The translations under genes were made by a program, and so were the position numbers. The notes under the pieces were generated by a model. That model was not told where the DNA came from, did not search any database, and was given only the letters and a program-made list of their open reading frames with translations. A stretch of DNA of 63,175 nt, filler included, from Craspedostauros australis (Eukaryota), in NCBI GenBank assembly GCA_030167865.1. It is 9 parts of 9 records of this genome, joined end to end, with 100 filler letters (N's around TTAATTAATTAA, not from the genome) between each part and the next. Parts side by side here need not be neighbours in the genome. Positions count along the whole stretch, not along the records: positions 1 to 11,469 come from JALAGF010004588.1; 8 more parts are not named here. One strand, given 5' to 3'. Below are positions 1 through 8,987 of the stretch, piece by piece (within the stretch, counting starts at the first letter, position 1; each line of letters begins with the position of its first letter).

Positions 1-398
1 TGTGACATGGAACTGAGATTCAGTATGGACAGCATCCGCATCTCCTGCATTGTTTGTACTTTCTACATCTACTTCTATGCCATCGTCTTACCGTACCTGA
101 GCAATATCGAATTATTTCTTCCTCGGTTCGCCGACTATGCTAAGAACAATCATTGTCTTGTTGCCTTATGCCGGCGGACGATTGATGTTCATACAATTGA
201 TGTTGTTTTGCTAATGATGATGGATGTTGTTGTTGTGGATGTAAGACCAAATTATGATTGCTTGAGCTATCTCTCTCTTCTGCTGTCTGTACCTCTTGGT
301 TGATCGTATTCATGCATTTCGAGATGATTTGGTTTGCACTTCTCCCAAACCCAAGCCATTCTCTATTAGGTTTCTCGTTTTGGTTGGAGGTCAGTGGT

Positions 399-414
399 TG
401 AAGAAGTGTCTTCT
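399..414. repeat. Left target-site duplication of the non-LTR element
   Basis: TGAAGAAGTGTCTTCT, identical to 8749-8764; the flanking bases differ on both sides. Confidence 0.93.
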
Positions 415-541
415 ATAATACCAGAACCCGAAAAAACAAAAACAACGATAACACTAGTAAAAGCAAAAACGACACACATCAACAAAATCAAGTACGAAAT
501 CTACAGCGAATTCTACGTAACACGAAAGATCCAAAACGACG

Positions 542-2971
542 ATGAAGGTGACAAAGCAAGTCAGAATCATGGAGGACAAAGCAGACGACGTCGAGATGTC
601 GGAGGTGCATGGGCCAGCGGTGCAAACCGCGACACCCAAGCCTCCTCCCAAGCCAAATCCGAGCAGCAACGAAGACGAATTGATGGAGAAACGGGGCGAA
701 GTAGCGACGACATGGAAGGATCCGAATGCGGCGCGGTGGAAAAAACTCAACGACATGATCGCACAGCAAGCGAAGGGATTCGAACCCAGCGAGAAGTATG
801 GCGAAGACGAGCGCGCAATGCACAACCAAGTGAAGAAAGCACTCATCAAGAAAGCCATGTGGGAGAAGGCAGACACTTCAATGGTGTCGGCAACCATGCC
901 AAGCATCAAAGACATGACCGTATTCTTCCAAACAGTGATGGACGGGCGAACCACGAAGTTGGGGAAGTCCAAAGTCCCCTCGGATGATCCAGACAGAAGG
1001 GCGATCAAGCAACTGGTCGCAGACCTGTCACTCACAGATCCGGCCAAATGCTTTTCAGATGAAGCCAAGCCAGGAGGCAAAACGATGATAGCCAACCAGA
1101 TGACAATTCTGTGGGCAGCAGCAACAGCCTACATGGGTTGCCAATATATGGCAGAGAAACCCCCTCCTGAAGTGGACTCAGCGGACGAGGCAATGAAGAT
1201 GGACAGCGACGACGACAGCTACGACCTCGTGGGGCTAGTATCAAAGAAGCCTCTGAAGCAGGCAAACTTGACAGCCTACACCACGAACACCAAGATCACA
1301 TCGCCGGCGCCGCGAGACAAAGATGGCAGCCTCAGCGCAGCACGAGCTCCTTCAGCAAAAGACAGCAACAACAGCCCAGAAGCAGACGGTGAGGGATGGA
1401 CCAAGCATCAGAAGAAGCAGCCCCAAATGTCAAACCCAAGACGACGATACTACGAAAGATTCGAAATGCGGCTCAAAATCCCCAAAGGCACGAAGACGCC
1501 AGTCAGGGACTTCCAAGAGCGCTTTCGCCAGTGGTACGACGAAGCCAAAGGCATGGATCAAAGTCTCGTCATCAGCCCGTGGTACAAGAAGAACAAGGCA
1601 AAGGGATGTATCATCACTGAGGCCGACATACCAGCCATGTGGAAAGATCTCAGATACTACATCGGCAGGGCCAACCCGACCTCGAAGAGCGAAGACGTAT
1701 ACCTACAGATCCTGATGTCCTCAAACATCGAAATGCAGGTGTTCACGAGCTGGAACACGGAGCTCGAAGGAGCATACCATGAAGGAGAGTACGCGTACAT
1801 CCAGGATTTGAAGGACGCCGAACACACAACAGAGATAGGCTTCATGGCATACTCGGGCAACTTCACCAAGGCAAAACAAACGCTCGGGATCATCAACCAG
1901 TTGCTGGAGGAGAAGAGAGCCAAACTCAAAGTGGGCGGCAGGGTGAAATTCATGGGGAAGGTATCGGAAGAAGTGAAAACAAAGCACCTGCAAGACGGTG
2001 GAAGTTGGTACAATTCTCCGTGGATGGCGCTCCATCTGCACGCGGACGTCAAGGACGCACGCAGGGCGTCGAAACTCCTCGGGAAAATCTTCAACACCAA
2101 AGATGGCGATCGCAAAGGACTCAACTACAGATACGTGCCCAAACCTGGCACATCAGTTATGGGAGCAAAGACGGCAATGAAGGTGCAAGCCATGATTCGG
2201 AAACACCAGAACTATGTGCGCAGGCTGAAATACGAGCAACTCAAAGGAGATTTCGCGTTGGACACCAAGGACCCGGAAACGGGCACCATCACTCTGCGAG
2301 AATTCCTGTCACAACAAACCAGCGAAGGCAATCCGCTCATTCACGATGTCAGCACTACGCACATGGCGGACGGCAAGGAAGACGCGATTCATATCGTGGC
2401 CTTCGAGGAGCGATTCGCACAGGCGGTGGGTTTGATTCATACAATTGGCATCAGATGCTCGACGGAGATCAACGAATCAACGAACAAATGGTTCTCAGAG
2501 GACATCGTAGCGATGAGCAGCACCATGAAGAAGGATGCCAGTGGAGACTACGTGGACGTTGAGACGGAGGAAGAAATGGACTTCTTATTGGACGAGGGAT
2601 TTGGAAATGTCATCATTGAGGGTCTCAACCTCATGGAGAGCGACAATGCATCCCCCAAACGGAAGAAAGCCAGACTGGAGGACGAGAGTTTCAAAACCTT
2701 TGGAACAGAGTACGGCAAATCAGCAGCTTCATCACGATACACCATTCCGGAATCCCAAACAGAACAGGATGACATCGACGCAGAGATCGAAGAGGCCATG
2801 AAAATGGCGAGGGAAGCCCAAGAGCTGGCGGCCAGTCGAGTTCGAGTGCAAGAACAATCGAACAAGATCCTCAACCAAGAGACAATCATAGCGGCACTGC
2901 GCGCCCAACTGGAAGCGTCCACGGCCACGCCACCTGCCTCAAGCAAGGGTAGGGGCGAGGACCAAGAATAA
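542..2971 (+). CDS. ORF1 protein of the non-LTR retrotransposon (809 aa; no familiar domain; C-terminal coiled-coil-like segment)
   Basis: Uninterrupted ORF just inside the left TSD and upstream of the RT ORF. Motif order matches the decayed ORF1 at 19680-20327 (IGFMAYS/AGWLFGS, ALHL/ATHI, YRYVP/MRFM, HQNY/HQVAF). Confidence 0.88.
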   Translation: MKVTKQVRIMEDKADDVEMSEVHGPAVQTATPKPPPKPNPSSNEDELMEKRGEVATTWKDPNAARWKKLNDMIAQQAKGFEPSEKYGEDERAMHNQVKKALIKKAMWEKADTSMVSATMPSIKDMTVFFQTVMDGRTTKLGKSKVPSDDPDRRAIKQLVADLSLTDPAKCFSDEAKPGGKTMIANQMTILWAAATAYMGCQYMAEKPPPEVDSADEAMKMDSDDDSYDLVGLVSKKPLKQANLTAYTTNTKITSPAPRDKDGSLSAARAPSAKDSNNSPEADGEGWTKHQKKQPQMSNPRRRYYERFEMRLKIPKGTKTPVRDFQERFRQWYDEAKGMDQSLVISPWYKKNKAKGCIITEADIPAMWKDLRYYIGRANPTSKSEDVYLQILMSSNIEMQVFTSWNTELEGAYHEGEYAYIQDLKDAEHTTEIGFMAYSGNFTKAKQTLGIINQLLEEKRAKLKVGGRVKFMGKVSEEVKTKHLQDGGSWYNSPWMALHLHADVKDARRASKLLGKIFNTKDGDRKGLNYRYVPKPGTSVMGAKTAMKVQAMIRKHQNYVRRLKYEQLKGDFALDTKDPETGTITLREFLSQQTSEGNPLIHDVSTTHMADGKEDAIHIVAFEERFAQAVGLIHTIGIRCSTEINESTNKWFSEDIVAMSSTMKKDASGDYVDVETEEEMDFLLDEGFGNVIIEGLNLMESDNASPKRKKARLEDESFKTFGTEYGKSAASSRYTIPESQTEQDDIDAEIEEAMKMAREAQELAASRVRVQEQSNKILNQETIIAALRAQLEASTATPPASSKGRGEDQE

Positions 2972-3110
2972 TGCGAGGCTGGGGGCAGGAGAAGCATCGC
3001 CAACCACCCCCGCAAGCCCAACGGATGCAACCCCGGAGGAAAGGAGCCAGGACGGTCTAATCCTCCACGACCGGCATTGGGGTGACTCACCGCGAACAAA
3101 GGGCGGCACT

Positions 3111-6100
3111 ATGATAAGAATAGCTGCCCTCAACGTGGGTTGCCTTCATGCCGAGTCGAAACACTGGAAAAACGACGATATGTGGCAGTGGATGAAGCAA
3201 ATGAAGATTGACGTCGCCTTACTCACAGAGATCGGTATCAACTGGTCGAAATTGGGCAGGGTTGATTCATGGAAAACAAGAGCGAAGAGACACATGCACG
3301 CAGAACGACACGCGCTGGCATACAATGAGCAGGAGAAGCTGGGGAGTACCCGCCAATGGGGAGGAACAGCATGTACAATCGTGGGGAACGTCACCGGACG
3401 GTACAAAAGTCTGGAGAATGACCCACGCCGGCTCGGAAGGTGGTCAAGCATAGCAGTCAGAGGACGACAGGACTCCACAGTTCGATTTGTGAGCGTGTAC
3501 GTTCCCGTCAAAGGCGGACAAAGTGCAGGCACAGTGTACAACCAGCAGGCATCGTGGCTGGAATCGCAAGGGATCGATAGCTCACCCATCGAACTCCTCA
3601 TCCACGACCTGGAGGCGGCGCTTCAAGAATGGAGGCAGGCAGGAGAAACCATAATTGTTGGCGGTGACGTCAACATGCCGGTGATCCAATCCCAGATGGC
3701 GGCAATGATGCAACGACAGCACATGCAGGAGTCCATACTCAGCCGGCATCCAAATGCTCCAGGAGTGTCAACTAGCGTGCGTGCCCGATCCAATCGAGTC
3801 ATCGACGGGCTGTGGGTGTCCGAGTCGGTGCAGGTAGTGAGATCAGGTTTCAGTGCCTTCGGTCCATGGGACCACAGGACAGCTTGGATCGAAGTCTCCC
3901 AAGAATCCATCTTCGGCACAACCAGCAAGCCCACCAGGAAGTTCGAGGGACGCAGAGTTCAGCTCAACAGACCGATCACAGTTCGGAGGTACCAGAAGGC
4001 GGTGTCAGCACAATATCGCGACAAGAACATTCGAGGGCGCGTTGACGAGCTCCGAAAGGCAGTTGGCGCATCGAATCAACTCACATCGGCGCAAGTGGCC
4101 ACCATGGAGACCATCGATCAAGACAGGGCAAGAATCATGCTCCAAGCAGAGAAAGGAGCTCGTCCAATCCACACAGGAAGAGTTCCATTTTCACCGGAGA
4201 TAAAGCGAAGAGCCATGGAGAAACAATTTTGGAATCTGGCATGGAAGAGGAGGAACGGCAAGAAAGTCAGTTCAAGATGGTACGAGCGAGCAAAGCAGCA
4301 GGCAGGCATTGCCACGCGAACAGCAACTCTCAGCAAGGACGAATTGGAAGATAAGCGGAAGCGAGCGCACTCCCGTTGGAAGACTGCCAAGAAAAACGCC
4401 CTCNNNNNNNNNNNNNNNNNNNNNNNNNNNNNNNNNNNNNNNNNNNNNNNNNNNNNNNNNNNNNNNNNNNNAGCAGCTCTGATCTCTATACAAAAGCGAG
4501 AGGAGACAGTGGAGACGTTCAAGGCTATACGAGCGGCGGTCGGGGAATATGACTCGAGTGGCAAAGTGACAATGGTGATCGCGACCAATCCCGACGGAGA
4601 AGAACAGGTGTACGATCGAGAGCATGCAGTCATCGAGCAATGCATGCGAGCCAACGAAGCCAAGTACCGGCAGGCGTATGTAACTCCTCTCCAGCAACCG
4701 GCAGTCGCGCGAGACGTGCAAAAATACGGCGCGCAAGGAGCAAGTCGGCGGCACCAGCGAAAGCTCGACCAACACACGACCAAACTGTTGGAAGCTCTCA
4801 GCCAGACTGAAGTCATCCCATGGGAAGAGTCAGACTTAGCCGTCACGACGGAGAGTCATCAGAGGCTGTGGTCGAAGGCACGTGAAAAAACCACCTCAGG
4901 TCCATCCGGGCTTCACTTCGGTCTGTGGAAGGCAAATGCTCGGTCCGACGAGCTCGCGCACGTCGACGCTGTCATGAGAGAAATATCCCTACGCACTGGA
5001 TACAACCTTCAACGATGGCTAGTGTGCACTGACGTCACCTTACTGAAGGAGCCAGGCAACTTTCGAGTCTCCAGGTTCCGGACGATAAGTCTTGTGGAGG
5101 GAGATTTCAATGCTAATCTGAAATGGATCGGAAAAATCATGATGAGACATGCGGAAAAACACCACCTGCTTCCAGACGAACAATACGGGAGTCGTAAGCA
5201 ACGCAGCGCGGCGGAGGTCAGTCTGAACAATCGAATGACAGATGACATCGTGCGGTTGACGGCATCCACCAGCTGTATCTGCTCAAATGATGCAAAGAGC
5301 TGCTATGACAGAATGGCGCACGTGCCTCTGGAGCTCAGCATGCAGCAGATAGGAGTGCCAGAAGTGGTCGGGCGCAGCGTGACGGCAGCAGTCCAGTCTA
5401 TGCAACATCACGTACTCACAGGGTTTGGCAAGTCTACGCGCACATACCCTCATCGTGGATCCAAGTTGCAAGGACTGCTACAGGGGCTCGGGATATCTCC
5501 AGCTGGATGGGTGGCAATGAGTTCCCCGATCATGAAGGCGATGTCGGCTCAAGGATACGGCTTCGCATCGACCAGCCCCACCCAATCGGTCAGTACCAAA
5601 CTGGTATGCTTCTCCTTTGTGGACGACACGGATCTCATACACACAATAAAAGCTGACGCGAGCGACCCGGAAGCGTGCATGTCAGAAATCCAGCAAGTGG
5701 TTGATTCGTGGGAGGGAATGCTGCGAGCGACAGGAGGCGCACTCGAGCCCAGAAAAAGTTATTGGTACCTAATGGCGTTCAAATGGGATGGTCAAGCGTG
5801 GCAATACAAGAGTATCAGCGAGCAGCCAGGAGACATCAGCATCCGGCAACCGGACAGCCAACAAAGGTCGACGCTTGTGAGACTCCACGTTGATCAAGCG
5901 CGCAAGGCACTGGGAGTAATGGTGCGACATGATGGGGTTCAGGATGACAATGAGAAGTACTACGCAAAAAAGGCCAGCCAGTGGGCGGACAAAATGCGGC
6001 GAAGTCGCATGCTCCGAATACATGCTTGGATAGCGATGAAAGCAACCATATGGAAGGCGCTCGAGTACCCACTCATGAGCGCAACCTTCACGAACGAGGC

Positions 6101-8591
6101 TTGTGAGCGAATCATGCGGCCGGTCCTGATGGCGTCACTTCCTGCAGCAGGGTTGCAACGCAACATGTCGAGAAAAATCATATTCGGGCCGTCAGAAGGG
6201 CTGGGAATGGAGGTGCATCACTTGTACTACGTGCAGGTAACGAAACATCTCGAGGCTATGGCAAGGCACTGGATGCGGAGCACGCTCACGGGCAAGCTCA
6301 TGCACACTCTGGTGGAGCTGATGACTATCCAAGTCGGAGTACCGGACGTGATGCAAATGGAGCCAGACGAATGGAGTCATCTTGCTTCGGAGTCCTGGAT
6401 GAAGGCTGTGTGGCTGGAGACAAAGAGGGTGGGCATTTCAGTGCAGTGGGAGAACAGGATACTGCACGCCCCACGAGAACACGATGCGCCAATCATGGTG
6501 CGCATCAAAGCCCTCAAGCTCGGGAAACAAGCTGAGCGACATGTCAATCTATGCCGAATGGCCAAGCAAGTCTTTTGGATGTCGGACATCGTCACGGCGG
6601 ATGGCTGCAACCTCCACCCAGCGGCGGCACCGCCAGGCCGCATACCTCTCCGACAATCTTGCATGCGATGGCCACCAGTGGGAAGCATCGGGAGCGTAAG
6701 TTGGCGCTTTTGGAGCCAGGCCGTCCGGGGTATATTCCAAGCGTCGCGCACCCAGTCGGCAAGGTTGGGGCAAGCGCTGGGAGATTGGAAAGTGTACTCG
6801 TCGCAACGGCCGGAAGCGTTCTGGGACCCAGCCAGCGACAGATTAAGCGTGCCTCTCTCAAAGCAGCAGTTCCGACGGGTGCCACGGCGGGGAAGACGAC
6901 GGGCCTACGAACTCATGGAAGGGAACGTGGTTGAAACAACACATGTGGCCGACGGCTACTGGCAGGGAGCACAGCTCATCATCACGAACACAGCGCAAGG
7001 AATACAGCCCGACCGAGCGCGCTCGATAGGCATGGAAGAGGCATTGGCGAGGCTGCCACCGTCGAAGCAGTGGTCAGTTCAACGCCACGAAATTCAAGGC
7101 AGCTGGGACACATTGGCTAAGGCAGCCCAGCAAGGTACGCTCAAGGCTTGCAGCAACGGGTCCGTGGCCAACAGCAAAGGCGCCTCGGGCGCAGTGCTCC
7201 TCGCAAAGTGCAATGGCGAAGCCGTGCAGCTGCTGATAACGAACTTGGCGCCTGCTACAGACGGCACCATGCAATCCCACCGAGCAGAGCTAGCGGGCAT
7301 GTACGGTGTGCTCGTGATAGTGGCTACGGTCTGTGAAGTCTACAGTATCACAACTGGCGCAGTGGTGGTGGGCTGCGACAATGTTGGAGCTCTACACGCA
7401 CTCGACCCGGAATGGAGTTTGTCACCCACGTCGACCGACGCTGATATGCTGCGAGCGGTCCGAAATCTTTGTCATGAAATACCCATCCAAGTCAGTGGAC
7501 GACATGTCAAAGGGCATCAAGATGACCAAGCCAACTGGAATTCCCTCGACCAATGGGCGCACATGAACATCATTGCAGACAAGTTGGCGGCAGCGGCTAG
7601 ACTTTCTTTGCCCACCACGACGGTCTATGGTGGCCATGTACACGGCGAAAGAGTCTCGTTCACGAACACAAGGAAGTTGACAAGGATAACATACCGGACT
7701 GTGGCGCACGCTCCAACATTCAGGGACTCAGTCCAAGTACTGACATCCAGAAAGGTGGTGGGTCAAGCCATGCACGTGGCGTGGGATGCGGTGGGAACAG
7801 CTCTTCGAGAACTCAATTTCACTCAACGCCTGTTGACAGTCAAGCTAATCACAGGAGAGGCTCCAATGGGGTCGCGAATGAAAAGATGGGGTCTCAGGCA
7901 GTCAGATGCGTGCCCTAGTTGCGATGCACGGGAGGACGCGCAGCATTTCTGGCGATGCCCAGGAGAGGACCGCCGAGGAGTCGCGCGCCGTCATCTAAAG
8001 GACATTGGCAGGTGGCTCAGGCGGTATCCTACAGCGCCGGGGGTCACCACCGTCATTCTGGCCATTCTGCGCAGCCAGCTCGAAGGGTCGGCGTATCTCT
8101 GGGCGACAAGTCAAGGCGGCCAGCTCCATGAAGCGGCAAGCAGGCAGAGGTCGGTCGGCCCGGTAGCATTGCGGCAGGGGTTCCTAGTCCAAGACTGGAT
8201 ACCTCTCCAACAAGAATTCTTGCAGCAGCAAAAGTCGAGAAGATCAGCCTCAAAGTGGGCAAGGCAACTGGTGCGGCGTATATGGCATATAGCGTGGGAT
8301 CAGTGGGCGTCACGAAACGAGGTTCAATTCGAAAGTCCAACCTCGGCCGAAGCCGAAATGATTCAGTCCCTGCGAGATAGGGCGCAATCACTTCGGCTCC
8401 GCCTCGAGCAGGACCAAATACTTCATCAACGACTTCTTACAACGGAGCCGGGCGGGGCAGCGGCGATACCTCTGATCGCGGTATGGGTAGAGCAAGCAGC
8501 GTTAGCGATCCACGAGCCGGCCGCCTCTGGCGCCCTGCTCAAGTGGCTCCAATGTCGCCGACAAGCGCACCCCGACCCAGATCAAGGTTGA
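3111..8591 (+). CDS. ORF2 polyprotein: APE endonuclease, reverse transcriptase, RNase H, C-terminal CCHC zinc knuckle
   Basis: APE motifs LNVG, LTEIGINW, SVYVP, GGDVN, IDGLW, WDHR. RT motifs SGPSGLH, FRTISL, QYGSRK, NDAKSCYDRM, QGLLQG, FVDDTDL. RNase H motifs CSNGS, SHRAELAG, GCDN, HVKGHQD, NIIADKLA. Knuckle CPSC...EDAQHFWRC. An N gap lies at 4404-4471. The frame is open back to 2892, so the true start is uncertain. Confidence 0.95.
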   Translation: MIRIAALNVGCLHAESKHWKNDDMWQWMKQMKIDVALLTEIGINWSKLGRVDSWKTRAKRHMHAERHALAYNEQEKLGSTRQWGGTACTIVGNVTGRYKSLENDPRRLGRWSSIAVRGRQDSTVRFVSVYVPVKGGQSAGTVYNQQASWLESQGIDSSPIELLIHDLEAALQEWRQAGETIIVGGDVNMPVIQSQMAAMMQRQHMQESILSRHPNAPGVSTSVRARSNRVIDGLWVSESVQVVRSGFSAFGPWDHRTAWIEVSQESIFGTTSKPTRKFEGRRVQLNRPITVRRYQKAVSAQYRDKNIRGRVDELRKAVGASNQLTSAQVATMETIDQDRARIMLQAEKGARPIHTGRVPFSPEIKRRAMEKQFWNLAWKRRNGKKVSSRWYERAKQQAGIATRTATLSKDELEDKRKRAHSRWKTAKKNALXXXXXXXXXXXXXXXXXXXXXXXAALISIQKREETVETFKAIRAAVGEYDSSGKVTMVIATNPDGEEQVYDREHAVIEQCMRANEAKYRQAYVTPLQQPAVARDVQKYGAQGASRRHQRKLDQHTTKLLEALSQTEVIPWEESDLAVTTESHQRLWSKAREKTTSGPSGLHFGLWKANARSDELAHVDAVMREISLRTGYNLQRWLVCTDVTLLKEPGNFRVSRFRTISLVEGDFNANLKWIGKIMMRHAEKHHLLPDEQYGSRKQRSAAEVSLNNRMTDDIVRLTASTSCICSNDAKSCYDRMAHVPLELSMQQIGVPEVVGRSVTAAVQSMQHHVLTGFGKSTRTYPHRGSKLQGLLQGLGISPAGWVAMSSPIMKAMSAQGYGFASTSPTQSVSTKLVCFSFVDDTDLIHTIKADASDPEACMSEIQQVVDSWEGMLRATGGALEPRKSYWYLMAFKWDGQAWQYKSISEQPGDISIRQPDSQQRSTLVRLHVDQARKALGVMVRHDGVQDDNEKYYAKKASQWADKMRRSRMLRIHAWIAMKATIWKALEYPLMSATFTNEACERIMRPVLMASLPAAGLQRNMSRKIIFGPSEGLGMEVHHLYYVQVTKHLEAMARHWMRSTLTGKLMHTLVELMTIQVGVPDVMQMEPDEWSHLASESWMKAVWLETKRVGISVQWENRILHAPREHDAPIMVRIKALKLGKQAERHVNLCRMAKQVFWMSDIVTADGCNLHPAAAPPGRIPLRQSCMRWPPVGSIGSVSWRFWSQAVRGIFQASRTQSARLGQALGDWKVYSSQRPEAFWDPASDRLSVPLSKQQFRRVPRRGRRRAYELMEGNVVETTHVADGYWQGAQLIITNTAQGIQPDRARSIGMEEALARLPPSKQWSVQRHEIQGSWDTLAKAAQQGTLKACSNGSVANSKGASGAVLLAKCNGEAVQLLITNLAPATDGTMQSHRAELAGMYGVLVIVATVCEVYSITTGAVVVGCDNVGALHALDPEWSLSPTSTDADMLRAVRNLCHEIPIQVSGRHVKGHQDDQANWNSLDQWAHMNIIADKLAAAARLSLPTTTVYGGHVHGERVSFTNTRKLTRITYRTVAHAPTFRDSVQVLTSRKVVGQAMHVAWDAVGTALRELNFTQRLLTVKLITGEAPMGSRMKRWGLRQSDACPSCDAREDAQHFWRCPGEDRRGVARRHLKDIGRWLRRYPTAPGVTTVILAILRSQLEGSAYLWATSQGGQLHEAASRQRSVGPVALRQGFLVQDWIPLQQEFLQQQKSRRSASKWARQLVRRIWHIAWDQWASRNEVQFESPTSAEAEMIQSLRDRAQSLRLRLEQDQILHQRLLTTEPGGAAAIPLIAVWVEQAALAIHEPAASGALLKWLQCRRQAHPDPDQG

Positions 8592-8645
8592 TGCAGCCCC
8601 AGCGACCCGGACATGCATATTACACAAAACCACAACACACAGATT

Positions 8646-8748
8646 CCGTGCTCCCCTCGCGCCAGGCGCGAGGTTGAAAGGAGGCGGAGAAAAGCGCCAC
8701 CGGCGCAGCCTCATAAGAGGGTTTAATCTTTGCGTTTTTATTTATTTA
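8646..8748 (+). other. Structured 3' UTR and (TTTA)n tail of the non-LTR element
   Basis: Inverted repeats CCTCGCGCC-A-GGCGCGAGG (8655-8673), GCGCC-ACC-GGCGC (~8694-8706) and CCTC-ATAA-GAGG (8709-8720), followed by TTTTTATTTATTTA. Confidence 0.7.
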
Positions 8749-8764
8749 TGAAGAAGTGTCTTCT
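8749..8764. repeat. Right target-site duplication of the non-LTR element
   Basis: TGAAGAAGTGTCTTCT directly after the TTTA tail; identical to 399-414. Confidence 0.93.
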
Positions 8765-8987
8765 CATATGCAAATATTTCTGCACGATCAAATCTTTGTG
8801 CAGGTTTTTCACGTGACCGGAGGTGTGGGAGATGGGGTGAAACCTGTCTGTTCTGAAAAATTATGTCCGTGCAGGGCGGTCATTTGCTCAGTGTGGATCC
8901 CACTCATGGTTTGTGTGGTATCGTCTGTCCATTGACAATCATCGTTCGGATTCGGCCAGATTCGTGAATTGGCACTTAATCTGCACA
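8765..8987 (-). repeat. First part of the 3' LTR of a copia element, interrupted by the LINE (probably continuing left of 399)
   Basis: On the minus strand the RNase H stop (9021) is followed by a polypurine tract AAGAGGGAG (8996-8988) and then TGTGCAG, the canonical PPT-TG LTR start. Confidence 0.7.

Larger units (their letters stand above)
415..8748 (+). mobile_element. Full-length non-LTR retrotransposon (LINE), Ambal-like diatom lineage, 8.3 kb
   Basis: Two long tandem ORFs (542-2971, 3111-8591). Flanked by an identical 16-bp direct repeat TGAAGAAGTGTCTTCT at 399-414 and 8749-8764. A (TTTA)n tail at about 8735-8748 immediately precedes the right copy. The Ambal assignment rests on domain order APE-RT-RNaseH and the FVDD/NDAKSCYD motifs, from recall rather than a search. 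Confidence 0.93.

Noticed and set aside
1..398. ORF 7-303, and TGTG at position 1 as the far end of the interrupted LTR
   Set aside because: The ORF is low complexity with no motif. The LTR end coincides with the window edge and cannot be verified without a second copy.
2972..3110. Self-cleaving ribozyme in the inter-ORF region or UTRs of the LINE
   Set aside because: No hammerhead core (CTGANGA...GAAA) seen, and I could not construct an HDV-like pseudoknot by eye; an Infernal scan would be needed
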